Source: Octopus vulgaris (lineage: Eukaryota). Taken from it: a stretch of 64,000 nucleotides of DNA. Positions 54,036 through 64,000 of the stretch are shown one piece after another. The notes under the pieces were generated by a model. That model did no database searches. It was not told the DNA's origin and saw only the letters and a list, made by a program, of their open reading frames with translations. Location: NCBI GenBank assembly GCA_951406725.2, contig OX597842.1:2666001-2730000 (forward strand), in the 5' to 3' direction. The first letter of the stretch is position 1, and each line of letters begins with the position of its first letter. A program made the translations under genes and the position numbers.

Positions 54036-54555
54036 CATATTCATATATATGAAAATTTATGTGTGTGCCTCCTTCTTTGTGCATCAATGTTTCACCATGA
54101 ATATAAGATTGTATGTATATATATATATATATGCGGTGCCCCAGCATGGCCACAGCTCATGAGCTGAAACTAGATAAAATTAAAAAAAAAAAATTATATA
54201 TATATATATATATACATACATATAAGTGTGTATGTGTATGCATGTGTATCTGTGTAGATACACATTTAAGCAGGCTTGCATATATGTATGTAGGTATGTG
54301 TGTATATATATATATATGTGAATGCAAAAGTGTGTGTATATATTTACATACACACACACACACATATATATATATACATACATACACATTTATATATTAC
54401 TGCATGCATACATATGGATTCAAATGTGTATATAAACACATACATACACAAACTTTAGTTAACACACATACACACATACACACATATATATACACTTAAA
54501 TATACTATTAAATGCATACATATATATAGTTTTAAAATTGCTATTATATTCATAC

Positions 54556-54596
<41 letters not shown>

Positions 54597-55148
54597 GTTT
54601 GTTTTCTAAAATATATGAACATACAGAAAACTTGCATACATATATATATTCCATGTGTAAACACACAATCACACACACATACACACACTATTTAGATCAT
54701 ACACAAATACACACACATGTATGTGCATGCCCAAATAAACACACATACATGTACACACGCAAAAATACATGCATATACAAACATACATACGTACAAACAC
54801 ATATTTAAACAAGCACAAATACATATGCACACATACACACAAATACACACACATATATACATACACACAAATACACACACATATATACATACACACAAAT
54901 AGAGACATAGATACATAGATACAAGAATGCATACATACATACATGAATGCATACACATACAAGAATGCATACATAAATACATACATACATACACAAATGC
55001 ATAAATATATACATACATGAATGCATACATAATTACATATATACATACATGCATACACACATACATAAATACATGCATACACACATACATAAATACATGC
55101 ATACACACATACATAAATACATGTATACACATTTACATACATACATAT

Positions 55149-55179
<31 letters not shown>

Positions 55180-56179
55180 CATACATACATACATACATAC
55201 ATAAATACATACATAAATACATACATACACACATACATAAATACATGCATATACACATACATACATACATACATACATACATACATACACAAGTGCATAA
55301 ATACACACATACATAAATGCATATATAATTACATATATACATACATGAATGCATACATACATATATACATACATACATGTATGTATACATACATATATAC
55401 ATACATACATAAATGCATATATAATTACATATATACATACATGAATGCATACATACATATATACATACATACATAAATGCATATATAATTACATATATAC
55501 ATACATGAATGCATACATACATATATACATACATACATAAATGCATATATAATTACATATATACATACATGAATACATACATACAGCACCCATAGTTAGT
55601 TACATGGTGGAAAACCATGTGTGCAGACCCCTTCGCCTAATCACGTCCAAACTGCGTTAACATGCCAAGCGTGAATTTCCGAAAATTTCACCTCGCTGTA
55701 AATCGCCATGTTCATATCTATTAAGCGAAAAGAGATTAAGGCGCTTAAGGAAGGACAAAGACATCGTGGGGCAGGGGCGGAAAAGAGACAGTGGAGGGTT
55801 TAGGGATTGGTTGGCAGGGTGGGGGCAACGGAGAAATAGGGGTTAGTGGGTTGGAGATGCTGGGTAGGGGATAGAATGCTGGCGATAAAGACGGTTATGG
55901 TGATGGGTGATAGGGAGTTAGAATTAGGGTTAGGGTTAGGGGCAGTGGTGCTGGATATAATTCCGTCAAATTTTTTTAATGATTTTATACACATACGCAT
56001 AGATCTACACACATACACACACACTTATGTTTTGGTTATTATTTTTATTATGTGTGTGAGAGTGTGTCAGTTTGTGAGAGTGTGTGTATGTGTGTGCGTG
56101 TAAGTTTGTTGATGGGTGTATGTTAAATATAGTTTCAGTAACTGTGTGTTTATGAGCTGCTTTATTATAGCCTCTGATT

Positions 56180-56232
<53 letters not shown>

Positions 56233-56577
56233 TTTTTGTGTGTGCATATATATATATATATATACACACATATATATATATGTATGTATGAGAGCGAGAA
56301 ATATATGTGCTTACTTTATTAGTTTTATTATAGAGAATTATTATTGCTATATATATATATATATATATAAATAGATAAATATATATATAGAGAGAGAGAG
56401 ACGCATATATATATCTACCTATATATACACATATATACATATGTGTATATATATATATATGTGTGTATATATATATATATGTACATATATATATATATAC
56501 GCATATATATATACATATATATATACACATATATATATATGTGTATATATATATATATATGTGTGTATATATATATA

Positions 56578-56617
<40 letters not shown>

Positions 56618-57334
56618 TATTATCAGCATACATATATGTATATACCTACATGCAGCCTTAGGGATGTGTATTATTATATACATTTTCGTCTGAGTGAGCA
56701 TATGTATGTGTGTGCGTGTATGCCATACAAGTCTATATGTGTTTATGTGTGTGTGTGTGTGTGTGTGTAGTTGCATATATATTTATGGGTTTTTCCTCTT
56801 CCTCCATTTCTCCATCTTCCTGTTTTTTATATATATATATATTTATATATATATATAAATATATATATATAATTTCATACATTCATACAAACACACACAA
56901 ATATATATGTACATTCATATATAGACATATATATATATATATAGACATATATATATATACACACATTTGCTTTGGGATTTTTTATACCAAATATTTCTCT
57001 TTATTTTTACATTTGTAAATATATATATAACACTTATATATGCTTTGACATGTGTATGTGTGTATATATTGTTATATGTATGTGTGTATATATTTTTATA
57101 TGTATGAGTGTGTGTATGCATTGGCAGTCACAGCTGAAAAGATGCATGCTTTCACGTATTGGCCATCTTTTAATTATCGTATTATTGAGTTGGAGAGAGG
57201 GAGAGAGAGGGCGAGAGGTGGGAGGGGTAGCAGGAAGAAGGGACAGGAATAGATATGTAGTGATAAGGGTCAACAACCCTTACGTGTGGACATCCAATAT
57301 GAGCCCCTAAATTGCAGTCTCTATTTAATACAAT

Positions 57335-57402
<68 letters not shown>

Positions 57403-57717
57403 CAGGTCTATGTGCATGTATTCAAATATGTGCAGGTATATACACATAAATATATACATACATATATATATACTTACACACATATATGTAATGTATACAC
57501 ACATGTATAAATAAATATATACATATGAATATATACATATATGCATATATACATACACACACACATGTATATAAAGTAGTTGTATACTCTCAACTTAATG
57601 TGACAGTCATACTACTGCTATTTAGCCCTAGGAAGCAGCAATGCTTCCTGTTGGTCTTGACACATTTCCTTATGTTTACAAGGGGGAGACAAGCACCTCC
57701 ACCCCGCTAATCTTACA

Positions 57718-57760
57718 TCCGGAGACTAGTTTCTGAGTATTTGATCGTCATCAGTCTGGA
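57718..57760 (-). ncRNA. Second H2 hammerhead motif (partly decayed)
   Basis: UCCAGA CUGAUGA CGAUCAAAUACUCA GAAAC UA GUC UCCGGA; core intact, stems I and II mismatched. Confidence 0.7.
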
Positions 57761-58559
57761 GCAGCATGGCAAACATATGATGATGGCACCTATGATGATG
57801 GCCCATAAAAGTCACCTTTCAGGTTTTGGGGCTCATGGAGGCAAAGTGGCTAAGTTCATTTCAAGTGTTGGGCTTCATAGAGACAATGAACAAGACCTTT
57901 GGCATTTTGTCGTGTTTGAGAAGAAGACCCATCAAGCTGAGCAAAATCACAGTTGTGGCAGATACCAGTGCCATGCAAATGGCACCTGTGCAGGTGGAAC
58001 ATAAAAACACCCATTTTACTCTCAGAGTCATTGGCGTTAGGAAGGGCATCCAGCCATAGAAAACCATGTCAAATCAGACTGGAGTCTGGTGCAGCCTTCC
58101 ATCTTACCAGCCCTGATCAAACCGTCCAACTCATGCCAGCATGGACAATGGACGTTAAATGATGATGATGTTATATACATATATGTATGCATATATACAT
58201 ATATATGATTTGATTTCATCTAGTTTCAGCTCATGATCTATGGCCATGCTGGGGCACTGCCATTTGGTGTTGCTACATAAAATTATTTATATATATATAC
58301 ACATATATATATATACACATATCTATGTGTATATATGTATGTATATATATGTGTGTATAAATATATATGAGTGTGTGTGTGTGTATATATATGTGTGTGT
58401 GTGTATATATATATTTGTGTGTGTGTGTGTATATATATATATGTGTGTGTGAGTATAATATGTACTTATATATGTGTATATATATATATGTATATGTGTA
58501 AGTATGGACGTACATGTATATATACATATATGTAAATGTATGTACATACATGTGTATAA

Positions 58560-60001
58560 AACACCCCCTGAGTGAGGTACAGTTCTCAAAAATAACCTCC
58601 AATTATTTTACCCCAAAATTCTTATGCTCTCTGAATCTACATAGTCTGAGGTATATTTGTAGATAATTTTATTAAAAAATATCAATTTTCCTGAAACTTA
58701 AGCAAATTGAAGTGGACTCTGGTGAATTTTTCGAAAATCTTTTTCCACCCCTCCTAAAAACACTTTCTCCAAAAACTTTTGTATATTTGGAATCTACATG
58801 ATATAACACATATTCATAGAAAATTTCATTAAAAAAAATATACATTTTTCCGAAAGTTATGATCATCCAAAGTCGGTGGGGGGAAGAAACTTGTAGTTAT
58901 GCCTTGTTGACAATTGATCAATTAAATGAAATCTCTATATGAAATTCTTGTTCCTCACACAGGTATATATCTTACACAAATAGAAAGCCAGAGAAAAATA
59001 GAAAAGAAATGAAAGTAACTTTAGAAATTCTTTCTTTTCTGAAATCGTCACAACTCTAATAATGTATACATACATGTGTCTGTGTGTATATAGCTGGTTA
59101 CTTATCGACTGTGTTAACATTGACAAAACAATTAAGTGAAAATGTTAATAAGTCGATTTGCACCAAGAATAATCACATGGGAATTAAATGTGAAATATCA
59201 AGTCTTAATAAGGCGACTTGTTCCAAAAATGTCCGAAACATATATTGGAAAATCAATGTACAATATACATCACCTCATTTAATTAATTGAGAAAAAGGTG
59301 TTTATCACCATATGAAATTTTTATACTGACATGAAAGTACCTTTAGAAATTCCGGAAAGACTTTCACCCATCCCCAACCACCATTTTCTCTCAAATTTGT
59401 TTATTTAAAAAATGTTTTTGCCAAAAATCCCTCTTTTCGGATATGGAGGTTCCAAAGAATTGGCAAAATTTGGCATTGTGAAAATTTTTGCCACCTTTCC
59501 CCACCAACTTCTTCAATTTTGACTTTTTTCAACACTAACCCTAAAACCGCAACTGTAAGTACAGAAATGTTTTGAAATTTTTGTCCAAATCATGATGTCC
59601 GTATTTTTCCGCATATTTAGAAAAGAAAAAAATTCTTAAAAGAAAATTTTACAAAGATTTTTGGAAATTTATTTCAGAATCATTATCTCCGTATTTTTCT
59701 GCATATTTTGAGAAAAGAAATTCTGAAAAAAAGTTTAAAATGAAGGAAATAGGGGTGGGGGTGGGTAATTTAGAAATGTCGATTTTTGCCAATTTTTTTG
59801 CAGATTCATATTCCCTGTAGCCAAAAATTGGGGTTTGTGTTGAAAAATAAGATTTTTAAAAAGGGTGTTGGGGGGGGGGGGGGAAAGAAATCTGTAATGA
59901 TGTATACATACATGTGTGTGTGTGTGTGTAAATTTCTGATTAGGACACCAAACACAAGAAGTTGAGGAAACGATTTGAAGAAGTAAATCTTTATATATAG
60001 A
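58560..60001 (-). mobile_element. Possible Helitron-like non-autonomous element
   Basis: Right end TTTATATATAGA (minus TCTATATATAAAG, like the Helitron 5' ends above); internal subrepeats; no clear 3' CTAG hairpin found. Confidence 0.35.
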
Positions 60002-60260
60002 GCAACATTATTTATTTTTAATAACAGAAAATAAATCAAGACCATATTTATTCTTTCCAAGGTCAAATTATTCATGTACCCCAAGTATCGTACAGATTGA
60101 TCCAGAGGTTTGAGCATGCATAGAGGACACACACACACACAGACAGGGTATTTTATATATATATTAAGATTAAACTGTAATGTGTCATATAAATATATCA
60201 AATTGTAAGATCTTGTTAGTGATCCTGCAATGGCTAAGGAGAAACATAATTAGTGTGTGG

Positions 60261-60305
<45 letters not shown>

Positions 60306-60432
60306 TTTGGTATATGTCTATTAATATGTTGATTAAAGCACTTTCACCGTTTAGGCTACCTAATGTCATCCACCCATAAAGGACAGATGCAGGATGGGTT
60401 CACACAACAATCACATCGCTCACTCTGCTTTG

Positions 60433-60946
<514 letters not shown>

Positions 60947-60965
60947 GTATATATACACATACACA

Positions 60966-61534
60966 CAGGCATGCAGGAAGTAAATGGACACCTTTAATTT
61001 TCAAAATTTCTGATCTAAGTGTCCTAATATGTTTTCAGCGGTATAGAATTTACAATGTAATTATTCTTTTTCATTCCAGGTGCCATTATATTAAACATTT
61101 GCGAAGAGTAACCATGCCACACACAAAAAATTCAGCAGAATTCTCAGATTTTCAAAGAGGTCGTATTGTTGGGGAATCTAAGGCTGGTCTTAGACAGCGA
61201 AAAATTGCTGAAAATCTTCAAATTCTTGTTGCTACTGTTAATAGAATTATAATGCAATTTAAAAACCAAAGAAAAGAATCAACAGATTCTCATCCTGGCT
61301 CACCTGGGCCCTTGGAAAGGAAGCTTTGCTGTTTGAAGAGAATTGTGGAAAGCGAACCTGTTCAAAGGCTTCTGACATTGCAAAACAGCCAGAAGTTAGT
61401 CCAAGAACGTGTGTTACATATCTGCATAAGCTGGGGTATTATGGATGAGCAGCTAGAAGAAAACCTCTCCTTCAACCAATTAATATCAAATAAAAGATTT
61501 TGAAAATTAAAAGTGTCTATTTACTTCCTGCATG

Positions 61535-61538
<4 letters not shown>
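60966..61538 (+). mobile_element. Internally deleted Tc1-like transposon
   Basis: ~41-bp TIRs CAGGCATGCAGGAAGTAAATGGACACCTTTAATTTTCAAAA / TTTTGAAAATTAAAAGTGTCTATTTACTTCCTGCATGTCTG|TA; ORF EFSDFQRGRIVG..GLRQRKIAENL..TVNRII (HTH); DDE domain missing. Confidence 0.85.
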
Positions 61539-61572
<34 letters not shown>

Positions 61573-62514
61573 GAAATATATCTGTAGTAAATAGAAATAA
61601 GCAGTTTTTGGCTGCTATTTCTAAATTTTTGGTATGTGGCTAAGCAACTTGTTGCTTAACTCTAATTATATATAAATATATAAAGAACTTTTTCTAAAAG
61701 TTCCTACCGATAATGGTTCCCTTTCCATACCGAAACTACTTGGTAATAATTATTAATTTTTAAAATTAATAATTATTTACCCGTATATATATATATATAT
61801 ATATATATACGTAGGTGCAGGCATGATTATGTGGTAAGTGTCTTCTACGATAGCCTTGGGCTGACCAAAGCCTTGTGAGTGGATTTGGTTGATGGAAACT
61901 GAAAGAAGCTTGTCATAAATATATATATGTATTTGTGTATGTGTATCTGTGTGTGTGTATGTCTGTGTTTGTCCTCCACCTTCGTCTGATAGCCAGGGTT
62001 GGTTTGTTTACATCCCTATAACTTGGCAGTTCAGCAAACAGGGCTCAACAGAATAAGTACCAGGCTTAAAAGAAAATTAAGTACCAGGGTCGATTCATTT
62101 GACTAAAATTCTTTGAAGTGGTGCTCCAGCATGGTCACAGCAAGTAAAATTTAAAAAACAAATATTCTGTGTATCTTCTTTGTTGCTCTGCAATTTAAAA
62201 TTGAAGCTTCTAATCCTGTTATGGTTAATCTTGAAATGATTATCTCATTATAATTGCTGCCAGAGCATACCACACATTCTGACATCAAAGAAGATTTGTT
62301 TGTAAGACCTACGGGCTATGAGGAAGTATAAAGACTTCGAAAGTGAGAGCCACATGTGTCTTCCGAATTGGAGACTAACAAAAATTCTTCAAACACCTTC
62401 AGAGCCATCTGTGGCTCTCAGGCTCTCATTATGGCTCTGTGATTCCACTAACGATATAATGTAACGAATAGAAAGAAATCCTTGCTTTAATCAGAACTTT
62501 AAACCTTTTAATAC

Positions 62515-62934
62515 TATTTACTCTTTTACTGGTTTCAGTCATTTGACTGTGGCCATGCTGGAGCACTGCCATTAGTTGAGCAAATCGGGCCCAGGATTTA
62601 TTCTTTGTAAGCCTAGTTACTAATTCCATCAGTCTCTTTTGCTGAACCGCTAAGTTACAGGGACATAAACACACCAGCATCGGTTGTCAAGCGATGTTGG
62701 GGGGACAAACACAGACACACAAACATACACACACACACACACACAAATATATATATATACACATATATACGATGGGCTTCTTTCAGTTTCCGTCTACCAA
62801 ATCCACTCATAAGGCTTTGGTCGGCCCGAGGCTATAGCAGAAGACACTTGCCCAAGTTGCCACACAGTGGGACTGAACCCAGAACCATGTGGTTGGTAAG
62901 CAAGCTACTTACCACACAGCCGCTCCTATGCCTA
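62515..62934 (-). mobile_element. SINE family A, full length
   Basis: Diagnostic head and tail. Confidence 0.9.
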
Positions 62935-63299
62935 TAGAATGATATGATCATTCTTGTGACAGATCTTCATTTTATGATACAAACCATACATTTTAAAGTC
63001 ATCTAAATTAGAAATTTGCATCAGAATTATATATTCGTTTATGTTTCAAACAGCAGCTAAATAATGGTTATTTCAGTAAATTCTTCATTAATTTCTAAAT
63101 TAATTGAAACAAACTCAGTGTATTTTAACGGAATATGTTAACAAAGGGTTTAAAGTGATCTAAATTAAAACCTTCCAAATTAAATTTCATCTTAATTTAT
63201 GGTTTAAACTCCAGCTTAATAACAACAAAATTATTTCAACTAAATTCTTCATAATTTCCAAATTAATTGAAACAAAAATAGGGTATTTTAAAGAATTGG

Positions 63300-63658
63300 A
63301 TTCTTCACAACAATATACCTTGTCACTGAACTCTCTTCATTCATGAGTTTCTCGCCAAAAACAACATGGTATCACTTCTGCAGTCACCCTTTTCACCCTT
63401 TTCATCTGCAGACTTCCATCTCTTCCCTAAAATGAACATACAGCTTAAAACTGGATCTCAGAGTGAATCATAGAAGGCCCTTAACTTGCTTACAGAAAAC
63501 GACTTCCAGGCCAAATTCCAAAAGTGGCAGGAATCCTGGGACTGGTGTATTGCTGTGCAAGGTGACTATTTTCAAAGGAGATGATGTTGAAACACAGGTA
63601 AATAAGGTATTTTTTTTATTAAACATGACAAATCCAGGAAGCTTTTGATAACACCTCA
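63300..63658 (+). pseudogene. Mariner transposase C-terminal relic plus probable right end
   Basis: LHNNIPCH..EFLAKNNMVSLLQSPFSP, ADFHLFPKM, FQKWQESWDWCIAVQGDYF. Confidence 0.7.
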
Positions 63659-63916
63659 CATTCTGAGTTCAAATTTCACAGAAGTTGACTTTGCCTTTCA
63701 TCCCTTCAAGGTCAATAAAATAAAGTACCAGTCAAATACTGGGGTCGATGTAATCAACTTGTTCCCTCCCTTCAAAGATGCTGGCCTTGAAAATATATAT
63801 CTATATATATATATATATATCACTTGTTTTATTTCTATTCCTGAGCGCCATACTAATACATTATTTGTTTGTACTCCACCTACCTTCATCTTTTGTATAT
63901 TTTTGAAAACCTTCCG

Positions 63917-63968
<52 letters not shown>

Positions 63969-64000
63969 ATATAACAGGCTTCTTTCAGTTTCCGTCTTCA

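Noticed and set aside
52717-54052. Cys/Val/Tyr-rich ORFs up to 417 aa
   Set aside because: TG/TA-derived tandem repeat.
55925-55942. (TTAGGG)3 interstitial telomeric repeat
   Set aside because: Only three units in a G-rich tract; uninformative.

Overview
Eukaryotic, AT-rich, gene-poor and extremely repeat-dense window. It is most likely from an octopus (inference from the tRNA-derived SINE families and microsatellite density). I find no intact host protein-coding gene; almost all listed ORFs are translations of microsatellites or SINEs. Content: dozens of SINE copies from about 4 families, a near full-length decayed Tc1-type transposon with unusual DD36E spacing, two mariner relics, an internally deleted Tc1, two tail-to-tail non-autonomous Helitrons, several R4/Dong-like LINE fragments in microsatellites, a Penelope-like (Naiad-type) endonuclease C-terminal relic, and mini/microsatellites. 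The main signal not explained by the ORF track is a dozen or more minimal type I hammerhead-ribozyme motifs (CUGANGA..stem II..GAAAC-palindrome-UH). They sit in several different short non-coding elements, many arranged as inverted repeats and inserted into (TA)n tracts, which suggests a diverse set of non-autonomous Penelope-dependent retroelements. All calls were made by eye; boundaries are approximate.
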